Positions 11,177 to 21,239 of a stretch of DNA of 64,000 bases are shown here, piece after piece. The translations under genes and the position numbers were made by a program. The stretch is from positions 64,001 through 128,000 of the forward strand of contig CAVTUQ010000026.1 of the NCBI GenBank assembly GCA_963737905.1, read 5' to 3'. The number at the start of each line of letters is the position of its first letter. Positions within the stretch are counted from its first letter, which is position 1. This DNA is from an uncultured delta proteobacterium (lineage in GTDB: Bacteria > Desulfobacterota > Binatia > UBA9968). The notes under the pieces were generated by a model. The model made no database searches and was not told the DNA's origin. It saw only the letters and a program-made list of their open reading frames with translations.

Positions 11177-11491
11177 TCACGTTCCGTCTCTTCTGCCGGG
11201 TGCGCCCAGCGCTTTCCAGTACTCCAGTATGCCGACCATGCCGGCAAAGCGCACGAGCAGAAATGGGTGCAGGCCTAGTCGATAAAGCTTAGGCATATCC
11301 CGCTCACGAAGGGCGTCGATCTCGGCTTGGCTGAAGCGATATTTAGCCGCCACTTTATCCGGCTCGTGATCAAGTTGGCGGACGATATCTTTATCTCGAA
11401 TCATATCGCTGACAAAGATATTGAGATTGGTCGTTAGGTGCCTCGCCTCGTCGATGAAACTGCGCAGCGTATCTTGCCCCTTCTGAGTCAT
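11177..11491 (-). CDS. LigA-like small subunit of extradiol dioxygenase
   Basis: YRFSQAEIDALRERD...LYRLGLHPFLL pattern; ATGA-coupled to the LigB-like gene. Confidence 0.7.
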   Translation of the reverse strand: MTQKGQDTLRSFIDEARHLTTNLNIFVSDMIRDKDIVRQLDHEPDKVAAKYRFSQAEIDALRERDMPKLYRLGLHPFLLVRFAGMVGILEYWKALGAPGRRDGT

Positions 11492-12411
11492 CGAAGCTCC
11501 CAGTAGGCGTACCCGAGACCGATGTGCCAAAGCCGAACATACTCGACGATGGTGGCCTTGACGTCGTCCCCGATGATTCCGGCGGCGATGATCCAGTTTA
11601 CCAATTCCCCATTGCCCTTGCGAAGTATCTCTTCGGGTGACATTACCGCTAACGCTTTTGCTTCGCCCCTGGACAATAGATCGAGCACATGGTTATCGAA
11701 TTCTTCGTCGACCTCGCCATATAGCGGCGTGCCGGGAAAGTGCGACATGCCGCCGGTGGCTTGTACGAGCACTTTGCGCTCCGACCCGTCGATGATTTTT
11801 CTAATGGCTTTGCCGAGCTCGTAGCAACGCCGCGGGTGAGGAATCGGCGGCACGTAACCATTGGTGAACAGCAGCATGATCGACTTATCGGCTTTAGGAT
11901 TCAAAAAATTCTGTGTCAGCACCAACTCCCCGTCCATAGTGTCGTTAGTGGTAAAGGGCATGTCGAAACCCATCGCGAGCAGCTCTTTGAGCATGCAGAC
12001 ACTCAGCTCTTCGTCGACTCGGTAGACGTAGGGCTTGTCGCCGCCTTCCCAGTCGGAGACGTGCTGCGGCATCCCAGCGGGCGCCGACCCGTAGGAAGTC
12101 TTGCCCTGGTATTTCTTGTACACAGCGCCGGTGATTGTCTCGATCTCCGCGGGATCAATAACGCCACTGCCCTTGGCTTCTTTACCGATCAGAAGACAGA
12201 AGGGCGGATAGCAGCGGAAATCAAAATTAACGAAGTGGTCATCGTGAATGACCAGCATCGTGTCCGCGCCCGACTTCTCGACCTGCTCGCGCAAGACGCC
12301 AAGTGCTCTTCTGCCTCGCGCGACTTTCGCTTTGTAATCTTCGTTTTCCGCCGGCCGCGTGAATAATTGCAAATGCGAGTGAGGAGCGGCTACGGCACCG
12401 ACAAATGGCAT
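11488..12411 (-). CDS. LigB-like class III extradiol ring-cleavage dioxygenase
   Basis: APHS, HDDHF, ATGGMSH and GNGELVNW metal/catalytic motifs. Confidence 0.85.
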   Translation of the reverse strand: MPFVGAVAAPHSHLQLFTRPAENEDYKAKVARGRRALGVLREQVEKSGADTMLVIHDDHFVNFDFRCYPPFCLLIGKEAKGSGVIDPAEIETITGAVYKKYQGKTSYGSAPAGMPQHVSDWEGGDKPYVYRVDEELSVCMLKELLAMGFDMPFTTNDTMDGELVLTQNFLNPKADKSIMLLFTNGYVPPIPHPRRCYELGKAIRKIIDGSERKVLVQATGGMSHFPGTPLYGEVDEEFDNHVLDLLSRGEAKALAVMSPEEILRKGNGELVNWIIAAGIIGDDVKATIVEYVRLWHIGLGYAYWELR

Positions 12412-12625
12412 GACTTTCGTTTACCTCTCGGTCTGGGCTGCAAAACAACGAAGTCGCGGCGGACCGCAAAATTCCCCCGGCACCCGAAAACATTACGCAT
12501 TGATGCCGTAAAATTTCAAGCCGTTATCCCACATTTCTTGGCGGGAAAATTCTTGCGTCGCCTTGAGAAAATCCGAGTCGCATCACCGCAAAGGCGCACG
12601 AAGAGGAGGAGGCGTGGGTTATTCT

Positions 12626-12701
12626 TTCCATTGAAGTAGTCGGCGTTTATCCGGGTAAATTCTTTCCACTTCTCCGGAACTTCATTCTCCGGAAAAATCA
12701 A
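12626..12701 (-). pseudogene. 3' remnant of a 7Fe-type (FdxA-like) ferredoxin
   Basis: IFPENEVPEKWKEFTRINADYF resembles the ferredoxin C-terminal tail; the Cys-cluster part is absent upstream. Confidence 0.6.
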
Positions 12702-12896
12702 AAGTCAGTTTCACCTTACTGAATTGGATTCATAACTCACGTTTGTCGCAAAAAAATAGAAAGTCTCCCTTTGTAAAGGGAGATTTGGAGGATTTTCATC
12801 GACACGACTTTGACGAGACCCTGAGTCGGAGCATGAGGCCCGAGTATCACTTCCAGGCCTACGTGGATCGTTGGCGAGAGCAAGATAGGTCGATTG

Positions 12897-13340
12897 TCAG
12901 GAGGTGGTTCTTATCCTGATTTTCTTTCGCTGCGATGCGGCGCGCAAATTCCCCGAGCGGTGCGGAATCGTCACGATGGCGCTGCTGCTGCGAGTACGGC
13001 TGCTAGTTATCTGCCGGATTAAGCCGCCTCGGAGGTAGCTCGGGTCGATTCCCAACACCTCGCAAATGTTTCTGAAGGAGAAGATCCATTCGCTCTCTTC
13101 TTCCGCAGTTACCCAGTGCTTTGCCTCCTCATATTGCTTCCGCTGCCGCAGACTGCACCCGCGGAGATTCATCGACAAGCACGAAACAGCGTCCTCCAGA
13201 ATAGCCACCATGAGTCTCCGTTCGGGTTCCCGGTACTGGCTATTTTTGAACATAGCGTAGAACTGCGCCGGCAAGATCGCGTCGGGTTCGAACAGCTTCC
13301 CGGTATCGTGCATCGCAAGCACGCTGGCAGACATCGTCAT
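12897..13340 (-). CDS. Hypothetical protein (LPxQF...ERRLMxAxLEDA...FSFxNICEVLGIDP type), divergent from nhaR-like gene
   Basis: ORF with purine-rich RBS before ATG 13340; helical, basic C-terminus. Confidence 0.7.
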   Translation of the reverse strand: MTMSASVLAMHDTGKLFEPDAILPAQFYAMFKNSQYREPERRLMVAILEDAVSCLSMNLRGCSLRQRKQYEEAKHWVTAEEESEWIFSFRNICEVLGIDPSYLRGGLIRQITSSRTRSSSAIVTIPHRSGNLRAASQRKKIRIRTTS

Positions 13341-13466
13341 ATTCTCTTTCCTTCCCCCATTCCGTGGGAAAAACTCACTGCAGAACAACATAGGCCTTGG
13401 GTGGTTTGTTAGACAAATTCATAATTTCTCATTGATTCATAGAAATAATCGAACTATCATCGCTTG

Positions 13467-14366
13467 ATGGAATGGCTAAATTACCATCATCTGCTTTACT
13501 TCTGGACCGTTGCGCGAATCGGTAGCGTTTCGCGCGCGAGCGCTGAACTCCGGCTTACCCAAGCGACCGTGAGTGCCCAGCTTAAATCATTGGAACAGTC
13601 ACTGGGCGAAAAACTTTTTCACAAGAGTGGAAGACATCTGGTTCTAACGGATACCGGAAAGTTGGTGTTTCGCTATGCGGAGGAGATTTTTTCGCTGGGG
13701 CAGGAGTTGATGGGCACGCTTAAGGGCCGTCCCCAGGGTAGATTGGCTCGAGTGAACGTCGGGGTTACGGAGGTTATGCCGAAATTAGTTGCCTATCAAT
13801 TGATCGAACCGGCGCTCAAGTTGAAAGACCCGTACAGGATTATTTGTCGAGAAGGCAATAATAGTGAATTGCTGGCGGCCCTGGCCGTGCATGATATCGA
13901 CGTGATGCTAAGCGATGGACCCATCGATCCGGCTGTTAACGTAAAGGCTTTCAACCATCTCCTCGGCGAGTGCAGCGTGATATTGTTTGGCGCTCCCCAG
14001 TTGGCAGCCAAATACCGCGCCGGATTTCCGCAGTCACTTGACGGCGCTCCTTTTTTGCTCCCTACCTCTAACACCACGGCCCGCCGCTCGCTAGACGAGT
14101 GGTTTGAATCGAAAAACATCCGGCCGGCAATCGTTGCGGAGTTTGAAGACAGCGCCCTAATGAAGGTCTTTGGCCAGCGGGGGTTGGGGCTCTTTGTTGT
14201 TTCTTCGGTGATCACCGCCGAGGTCCAGCGACAATACGACGTCAAGATGATTGGTCGATTGGAGGGTGTCACCGAGCGATACTATGCAATCTCGCTTGAT
14301 CGGAAGCTGAAGCATCCGGCCGTTGTGGCGATCTCAGACGGTGCCCGAGCTAGACTCGGTGGCTGA
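13467..14366 (+). CDS. nhaR: LysR-family transcriptional activator, NhaR-like
   Basis: MEWLNYHHLLYFW N-terminus, HLLGEC and EFEDSALMKVFG typical of the NhaR subfamily. Confidence 0.85.
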   Translation: MEWLNYHHLLYFWTVARIGSVSRASAELRLTQATVSAQLKSLEQSLGEKLFHKSGRHLVLTDTGKLVFRYAEEIFSLGQELMGTLKGRPQGRLARVNVGVTEVMPKLVAYQLIEPALKLKDPYRIICREGNNSELLAALAVHDIDVMLSDGPIDPAVNVKAFNHLLGECSVILFGAPQLAAKYRAGFPQSLDGAPFLLPTSNTTARRSLDEWFESKNIRPAIVAEFEDSALMKVFGQRGLGLFVVSSVITAEVQRQYDVKMIGRLEGVTERYYAISLDRKLKHPAVVAISDGARARLGG

Positions 14367-14398
14367 AGCGAATCTTCATCTGACTGATCCAGAAGAGA

Positions 14399-14490
14399 AC
14401 TCACCGCGGAGCCGCTGAGGGCGCAGAGTAAACAGTTCCCAATCAAGAAATACTCCGATCTCTGTGAACTCGGCATCTCTGCGGTGAAGT
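14399..14490. repeat. ~90-bp palindromic dispersed repeat; inverted homologue at 54117-54205
   Basis: CACCGCGGAG...CTCTGCGGTG termini; internal sequence also matches the reverse complement of the 54.1-kb copy. Confidence 0.75.
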
Positions 14491-14541
14491 AAGATTGTTG
14501 CTTTGGTTGCGGCTCCGCCGCGCTGGGAATAACGTGACGCC

Positions 14542-15669
14542 TCAACCTAGCACCGGTTGAATGTTATACAGCCGGGCGGCATTTTCGCCCAGGATACGGT
14601 CTTGGGTTTCGACGGAGAGTCCTGCCGATCGGATGCGCGAGACCGTTTGCGGCCATTTGCTGTCGCCATGCGGGTAGTCGGAAGCGTACATGATGCATTT
14701 GTCGCCGACGGTGTTGATCACCGCGGGCAGCATGATTTCTCCCGGCTCGCAGGATACCACCATGCGCCCTTCGGCAAAAAGCTCGCTCGGTTTTATGCGG
14801 CTCTTCGGCCTCTTGCGGCTCAAAACTCCATCGTACATGCGCGGGTTCTTTTCACCGCGCTCGTGCATCTCGTCCATTCTTTCAACCCAATAGGGCAGCC
14901 AGCCGCAGCCAGTTTCGAGTAAGCCGAAGCGAATTTTCGGGAAAAGATCGACGATCCCGCCGCCGACGAGAGAAACCATCGCGGTCGTTAACGTGAGCGG
15001 CATGGACACCGCTTTGGCGCCCCAGAAATGATCGAACAATTCCTGGCCGACGGTGGGGTACATTCCCGTGACGGTGTGCACTCCGACGCCGACATCGAGT
15101 TGTTGGACGGTTTCCCAGAACGGATAAAGATCGGGATGATCGAGGGTGCGCGTGCCGATGGTGCCGGGAACCATAACGCCGACGGCGCCGAGGGATTTAA
15201 CCGCGTGTTTCAATTCATCCGCGGCGGCTTTGGGATCTTGCAACGCAACGATCGCAGCGAAGCGCAAACGACCGCCGCTTTGGGCGCAGCGCTCCGAGAT
15301 CCAGGTGTTGTACGCGCGCGCGATCGCGCTGGCGAGTCCGGCGTGCTCCAGACTATTGATCGACATCAACACATTCGGGTAGATCACCTGAAGGTCGATG
15401 CCTTCGAGATCGAGATCCGCCAGCCGACCGGGGACGTTGCTGAGATCGAGATCTTTGACCGAGAGCGTCGGAGTCGAATTGGCGATGCTGCCCGGCGTGC
15501 CCGGGCCCCAGCCGAACGGCTTGGTGATAAGGCGCCCTTCGATCAGATAGAATCCGCGTCCGTCATCGAACGTGACGAAGCGCGGGCGGTTCCGATGGAA
15601 TTCTTTGTCCAAGTAGTTGTCAAAAACTGTCTGAGGAATTTGAGTATGGCCGTCGGCATCGATAATCAT
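14542..15669 (-). CDS. Amidohydrolase_2 family protein (LigY/ACMSD-like)
   Basis: IIDADGH, LETGCGWLP, YASDYPHGD motifs. Confidence 0.9.
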   Translation of the reverse strand: MIIDADGHTQIPQTVFDNYLDKEFHRNRPRFVTFDDGRGFYLIEGRLITKPFGWGPGTPGSIANSTPTLSVKDLDLSNVPGRLADLDLEGIDLQVIYPNVLMSINSLEHAGLASAIARAYNTWISERCAQSGGRLRFAAIVALQDPKAAADELKHAVKSLGAVGVMVPGTIGTRTLDHPDLYPFWETVQQLDVGVGVHTVTGMYPTVGQELFDHFWGAKAVSMPLTLTTAMVSLVGGGIVDLFPKIRFGLLETGCGWLPYWVERMDEMHERGEKNPRMYDGVLSRKRPKSRIKPSELFAEGRMVVSCEPGEIMLPAVINTVGDKCIMYASDYPHGDSKWPQTVSRIRSAGLSVETQDRILGENAARLYNIQPVLG

Positions 15670-15888
15670 AGAATCTCCCCTTTTTGTGACCTTCAAAAGC
15701 GGTACTCACCGCGGAGGCGCTGAGAGGCCGTGGAGTAAGAGTCATAAAATTTTCCTAGCCGGTTATCCCTCCGGCGTGTGAAAGTCGAATGGAATATATC
15801 GCCCGGGCAGAGAAAACGTCAACCTAACAGAGAAACTTGTCCTGCAAGTTTAGCTTGACACAAGGAGCTGTGTTTAGTTAAGAAAGTT

Positions 15889-15966
15889 TCTCCCGCCAAG
15901 GCGCCAAGAGCGCAAAGAAAAAAACTACTTATCCGAACTTGGCGTGCTTTGCGTCTTTGCGGGAGT
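15889..15966. repeat. Palindromic intergenic repeat (CGCCAAGGCGCCAAG ... CTTGGCGTGCTTTGCG)
   Basis: Inverted arrays of ~9-bp units seen directly. Confidence 0.65.
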
Positions 15967-16013
15967 CATCTTCTTCGCAGCATTTGTAATGCAACGCTAT
16001 TGGAGGACTAATT

Positions 16014-17117
16014 ATGCCGCCCGTTGAACAAGTCAAAGCCAAACGTTCTGGCGTCGGTTTGCGTGCCTGTGATTCCGACCGTGCATTTCCGGGCTTCACA
16101 TTATTCGCGCCGCAAAGTGGCGGCGGCAAGGTCTACCTCATCAATCTCGAGGGTAACGATCGTTCACACCTGGCAAATGCCTTACCCTCCCGGCAACTCG
16201 GGTTATCTCACTGAAAGGGGTACTTTTTTCTATAACGGAAAGACCAACGAAGATTCCAAACGCTTTATCAGCGGAAACCTTGGAAGGGCGGTGCTGCGCT
16301 TGAGGTCGACTGGAACGGCCGTGTACTGTGGGAGGTCCGGCAACCCGACCACCATCACGATGGCATACGGCTTCGTAACGGGAACGTGCTCCTGATTTGC
16401 CTAGCTCAATTGCCGCACGATCTCGTTCCGAAGATCAAAGGCGGTATGCCTGGCACCGAGCACAATGGGGAGATGTATGCGGACTATCTCGTCGAGATGA
16501 CCACTGCCGGTGAAGTAGTTTGGGAGTGGCGTACGTGGGAGCACCTCGATCCAGAGAAAGACTGCATTACAGCGGTACAGGATCAGCGCGAAGAGTGGAC
16601 CCATGGCAATGGTGTAGCCGAGCTGCCAAACGGCGACATCGTATTGAGTTTTCGTAACATCTCAACCGTCATCATCATCGATCGGAAAACCGACAAAATT
16701 ATCTGGAAGCTCGGTGCTCCGCCGCTATCGGGCCAACACGCCCCGATGCCACTGCCTAATGGCAACTTGCTCCTCTTCGACAACGGCCCGCATCGTTTGG
16801 ATCATACAATGCCGTTTTCGCGCATCATCGAAATTGAGTTGGCAACCAAGCAAATCGTGTGGAAGTACCAGGAGAAACGGGAGTACGAATTTTTCAGCCC
16901 GCGTATCTCCAACGCCCAGCGCTTGCCCAACGGCAACACACTCGTCTGCGAAGGCGACTTCGGCCGGCTCTTCGAGGTAACTCTCGATGGCGAATTGGTC
17001 TGGGAGTACGTGAACCCCTATTTTGGCGAAGGACCCACCGGTCTCAACAATCGCGTCTTCCGCGCCTACAGATACAGTGAAGAAGAGATCGCTAGAGCAA
17101 AGGCCACGGGAATTTGA
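16014..17117 (+). CDS. Arylsulfotransferase (ASST)-like beta-propeller, frameshifted (~16160, ~16280)
   Basis: GFTLFAP N-terminus; WTHGN, QHAP, LFDNG, AQRLPNGNTL, WEYVNP, FRAYRY motifs. Confidence 0.8.
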
Positions 17118-17159
17118 TTTCGTTTCGCATAAAGGCATTAGATAGGCTACGCTTTACTC

Positions 17160-17408
17160 ATGCGTGTCTCGGTCACCATAGAAGATGATGTTGCCGCGTC
17201 GCTCAAACGCCTTGCGAAAGCGCTCGGCTTAAGGTTCAAGACCTTAGTCAATCTGGTGCTCAGAGAAGGTATTAAGAGCATGACCGGGCCGGTGAAAAAG
17301 CGAAAAACTTTTCAGACGCGTTCGGTCGACCTTGGGCCATGCAGGATTGCCAATGTGGATAACCTTGCGAAAGTCCTTGCAAGAACCGAGGGTGAATCGT
17401 TTAGATGA
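17160..17408 (+). CDS. VapB/CopG-like RHH antitoxin
   Basis: MRVSVTIEDDV...FKTLVNLVLREG; overlaps a PIN remnant. Confidence 0.75.
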   Translation: MRVSVTIEDDVAASLKRLAKALGLRFKTLVNLVLREGIKSMTGPVKKRKTFQTRSVDLGPCRIANVDNLAKVLARTEGESFR

Positions 17409-17561
17409 TCCTTTCGCCGGCCTCCGGGAATGCAAGCGAACTTGGTGCCGGATGCCCATCTTGCTTCGCTGGCTATTGAGCACGGATTGATCCTCTGCTC
17501 CACCCACGGCGACTTCGGCCGTTTTCGAAATCTCCGCTGGCAAAATCCGCTTTCGGCTTAA
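17405..17561 (+). pseudogene. VapC PIN toxin with internal deletion
   Basis: ATG-ATC-CTT start joined almost directly to C-terminal ANLVPDAHLASLAIEHGLILCSTHGDFGRFRNLRWQNPL. Confidence 0.75.
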
Positions 17562-17632
17562 GGCGTCGCCGCGATTTACCAACCTCGCTTTTGAAAATAA
17601 CTGGTCGATGGCCCAGTTAGAGTAACTGTTAA

Positions 17633-17667
17633 CATGCGGTTAAATTACGCGGTATTTTAACCACATG
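17633..17667. terminator. Hairpin between convergent genes (possible bidirectional terminator)
   Basis: CATGCGGTTAAATTAC-GCG-GTATTTTAACCACATG, 16-bp stem with 2 mismatches. Confidence 0.4.
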
Positions 17668-17674
17668 CTGAAGG

Positions 17675-18142
17675 TTACGCGGACTTCGCCCGTATCACTA
17701 GATCAACGTCGCACTCCAGGAGTTGGAGCAAAGACACGAGCTGATCGAGTGACTTCTTGTAGTTAGTTTGATCGAGCAGCCGATAGAGTTGAGTCGCAGA
17801 AGTACCTAGCCTCCGAATGATCTCGCGCTTGGAAAGTGGGCTATCAGCGATACGCCTTTGAGCTTCCAGTGTTAGTTTATAGAGCATGAGATCTCTTAGA
17901 TAATGGGATCTCGATTGTATTCCAATACCTGTTCTATGTGGACGGTTCCGGTCTTTCCCGATTGAAGTTCGTAGGTGAATCCCTCGCCGCCAATATCTTT
18001 GTCCACATACACCCGGACTAACTGGATCATCCGATGTCGGACTTGGCCTGGCTTTGACGTACGGAAAAACGTATGTCTTTCCGGATGCCCTGGCTTCGAA
18101 GCCCTTCCTTTTATTGTTGTATCTTACAGACCTAATCTTCGT
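17675..18142 (-). pseudogene. HTH-containing antitoxin-like protein, frameshifted, start codon apparently mutated (ACG)
   Basis: KIRSVRYNNKRKGFE...GFTYELQSG...VLEYN then HTH SKREIIRRLGTSATQLYRLLD. Confidence 0.6.
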
Positions 18143-18330
18143 AGCAGACGCTGCTTCAGCCTATCGGCCTCTGCGATGGCGAAGTCTTTCGTAATTGCGG
18201 CACATTCCGCTTGGATCGCTAGGTCTGCAGCCATTCTTGCGATAACCGGCTCAAAGGCACGTCCCCGCCGCTTGCCACGGATCGTTTTCTGGACGACTTT
18301 GCGGAACGTTTTCGGTTTCACTGTCACACC
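18124..18330 (-). pseudogene. Antitoxin-like small protein or remnant
   Basis: MAADLAIQAECAAITKDFAIAEADRL resembles acidic C-termini of MazF-associated antitoxins; no cognate toxin. Confidence 0.35.
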
Positions 18331-18950
18331 CCACGCACAAAGTAACCGAATACGTCGAGTTGTCGATCTTCCCCCACAGCAGTAAGTGAATCGCTCCAGC
18401 AGCAGCTCCGAGATATCAAAAAGACCTCGGATGACCTTTCCCCAAGTCGTCGCCCCCCGGACGATCTCATAAACGCGATAGTCTCGGGTTGTGCTGCTGT
18501 GGTAAATGAAGCGCTCAAATCTTCCGAGGAAGGAGAACATCTAATGGAAAAACTTTCTCGGTATTGATCTGCCTAAGAGGGTATCACAGCTAGCTGCGCA
18601 GAGAGAAATCAAACCCGCGTCGCAGCTTCGGTTCGCCAAGGATACCGTCACGGTCGAGAAGGGCTTAAAGCAATTACCGCAGGGAAGCGATTACATTTGA
18701 GGCGACAGCTCGTGGTGGTGGTTTGCCAAGATTTTCTGTCACCGGTCCTTGTTTGCCTCTTACCCTAAACCCAACTCTACTTGGAGAGAAGCGGATGATT
18801 GACCTGAAAGCTCCGCCTAACAGGAGGGTTTTTCTCCCATTCCTCGAAGGAGACATTAAACCCATGGGTATCGGTGCCCTGCACGCAAGTGATTCTACCG
18901 CGCGATCAGATTTGCCACTACCACTTATCTCACATAGGATAATATCAACC

Positions 18951-19412
18951 GTGAAGCTTTACCTCGATACTTCGGTTCTGGGCGCTGTGTTCGACACAAA
19001 ACCTATTGGCCGCCGTGAAACGACTCAGCTATTTTTTGAAACCGTACGAAGAAGTAGCGACACTTTGTATATCTCGGATTTGGTGCTGGACGAAGTTGAT
19101 CGGGCTCCCGATCGTGTACGTTTTTCGCTGATGACGCTTGTGCGACAAATTCGGCCGCTGGTGCTTTCCGAATCTCGCGACAGCTTGTCGTTGGCCGACG
19201 AGTACGTCGCGGCACGCGTGATTCCGGTAAGCTCGCGCGACGACGCGAGGCATGTCGCGATCGCTACTCTTGCCGGGAACGACGCGCTGGTCTCGTGGAA
19301 TTTTAGGCATTTGGTGAATCTAAGAAGAAAACGACTGGTTCATTCGGTGAACATTCGACTCGGATACCCACTGATCGAACTGGTTTCTCCCGAGGAGGTT
19401 CTTTATGAGTAA
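18951..19412 (+). CDS. PIN-domain (VapC-like) ribonuclease
   Basis: LYLDTSV, VLDEV, DDARHVA, SWNFRHLVN motifs. Confidence 0.85.
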   Translation: MKLYLDTSVLGAVFDTKPIGRRETTQLFFETVRRSSDTLYISDLVLDEVDRAPDRVRFSLMTLVRQIRPLVLSESRDSLSLADEYVAARVIPVSSRDDARHVAIATLAGNDALVSWNFRHLVNLRRKRLVHSVNIRLGYPLIELVSPEEVLYE

Positions 19413-19611
19413 AAAATGGGAAAGTGAGTCCTTAGGCTGGATACATGCTATCCGCAAGCGGAATTATGAGAAAACTAAAGGAAAGTCGTTAGCCGAGCTT
19501 CCACCGGGCCCTGGTGCCAAATCCAACACCCTGGTCAAAAAACTCAAACTTCAGCGTGCTCCAGTTCACGCGAACAAAAAGGCCCGGACTAAACGGGGAG
19601 TTAATTCGTAA
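19405..19611 (+). CDS. Small basic protein overlapping the PIN gene (probable partner)
   Basis: 8-bp overlap, GAGGAGG RBS. Confidence 0.6.
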   Translation: MSKKWESESLGWIHAIRKRNYEKTKGKSLAELPPGPGAKSNTLVKKLKLQRAPVHANKKARTKRGVNS

Positions 19612-19665
19612 CAAGTAGTTTGGGAGAGACTGGGGGCAACGCATAGGTACGGTTGCTGTCTCTTG

Positions 19666-20652
19666 TCATTTGAGCACCCTATCGGCTCTCGCCAGCACAT
19701 TCGGCGGGATCGTCAGGCCGATCTGCTTGGCTGCCTTCAGATTAATGATGAACTCAAACTTTTTCGGCTGCTCCACCGGCAGATCGGCCGGTTTGGCGCC
19801 TTTCAGAATCTTGTCGACATACGTGGCAGTGCGCCGGTCCAAGTCGGTAAGGTTCACACCGTAGAACATAAGCCCCCCGGCCTCTACATATGATGAAAAT
19901 GGGTATATCACCGGAAGCCGGCTCGTTACCGCAAGGTCTACAATCTCTTGTCTGCGATCACCGACAACGGAGCTCGCCACTATCATAAGGACTGCTTGAG
20001 CGCGCCTCTTGACTGCAGCTCGGAATGCGCTCTCAATGTCCCTTGAAACCAGTATGTCAACGTATTGAAGCTTCACCGCCAATGCTCCGGCGGCGAGTTC
20101 CACTTCTTTTAACATTTGTGCAGTTGCCCGGCTGCGTCGAAGTCCCGAAGACGGCCGCGCGGGAGAGGCCAGGAAGGATCTCCTTCAGAAGCTCCAGTTG
20201 TTTTCCGCTTATCTCCGGGGCGAGGGTAGATAAGCCAGTGATGTTCCCGCCAGGCCGCGCAAGACTGGCGACGAAACCGTTCCCTACAGGATCGTTAACC
20301 TGCGTCATGACAATGGGAATCGTGGAAGTTGCGTCCTTGGTAACACGAGTCGGTACCGGACCAGCCGGTGACGATGACATCCACTTTGAGACGCGACTAG
20401 CTCGGCAGCGAGCGCAGGAAGACGATCGAGTTTTCCCTCTGCAGATCGCCACTCAATGACAATGGTTTTCCCCTCCACATATCCCAATTCGCCGAGACCC
20501 CGGCGCAATGCCTCGCTGCGGACCGGGTCAAGGAAGCGACTCATTAGGTAACCTATCCGCGGGATTTTCGTCGGCTGCTGCTGCGCCTCGGCGAGCTGAA
20601 TGGTTGTTAAAATTAGAACCGGGAGCGCATAGACAAGGATCTTTGCCTTCAT
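19666..20652 (-). CDS. ABC_sub_bind (PF04392-type) substrate-binding protein, frameshifted twice
   Basis: Signal ending AEAQQ; DPVGNGFVASLARPGGNITG; PADLPVEQPKKFEFIINLKAAKQIG spread over three frames. Confidence 0.85.
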
Positions 20653-21016
20653 AGGCTCCTCCGAAACTAGTCAGGCTAAAACCAGTCTGGTTGGTAGAAG
20701 TATAGGTGCTTTCCTTATTTCATCACCTGGTATGATCTGTCAATGTTCGCAGAATATAGCCTTGACTCCATCGGCTTAGTGCCGTTAATAGGTGCGCCAC
20801 CACATGAAGCTCAAAGACATGAGGAAGGCGCCGATACACCCCCGCTTGGCACTCTGGATGCCCCCGCGCTGGACCGGGATAGGTTCCGCCGCCGTGCACG
20901 GCGCCTTCTGAAATAGCATGTGTCTTGTTCTTGCGCTCGTCCGCGACATCATAATAAATCTCTCCGCGTTCGCTCCCGTGTCGCAGGAGGCCGTTCATGA
21001 AGCTTGATAACTCACC

Positions 21017-21052
21017 GTAGAGTTTTCACTACCGGGGTAGAGGAAAAACTAC
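21017..21052. promoter_or_regulatory. Tandem palindromic GTAG-N8-CTAC sites, candidate enhancer (UAS) for a sigma54 activator
   Basis: GTAG-agttttca-CTAC (21017-21032) and GTAG-aggaaaaa-CTAC (21037-21052), 20 bp apart, ~100-130 bp upstream of the -24 box. Confidence 0.6.
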
Positions 21053-21148
21053 CCTTTGGGTGTATCGCCGTTCGCCTTAAGATCCCACCGCTCGAAATTC
21101 TTCCGTTCACTCAGCACCTTACTCTCATCGAGCCACGTGCGCTGACCG

Positions 21149-21163
21149 TGGCACGGCGGTTGC
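21149..21163 (+). promoter_or_regulatory. sigma54 (-24/-12) promoter
   Basis: TGGCACGGCGGTTGC matches TGGCACG-N4-TTGC, ~77 bp before ATG 21240. Confidence 0.75.
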
Positions 21164-21239
21164 GCTACGAAAATCGGGTCGGGCGTAAATCCAAACTGAT
21201 TCATCTGAAACATGACAAATAACACGGAGGTTCAAAGCT

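Noticed and set aside
20723-20998. 91-aa ORF between the binding-protein gene and the sigma54 promoter
   Set aside because: No motif or convincing RBS; cannot be supported as a gene
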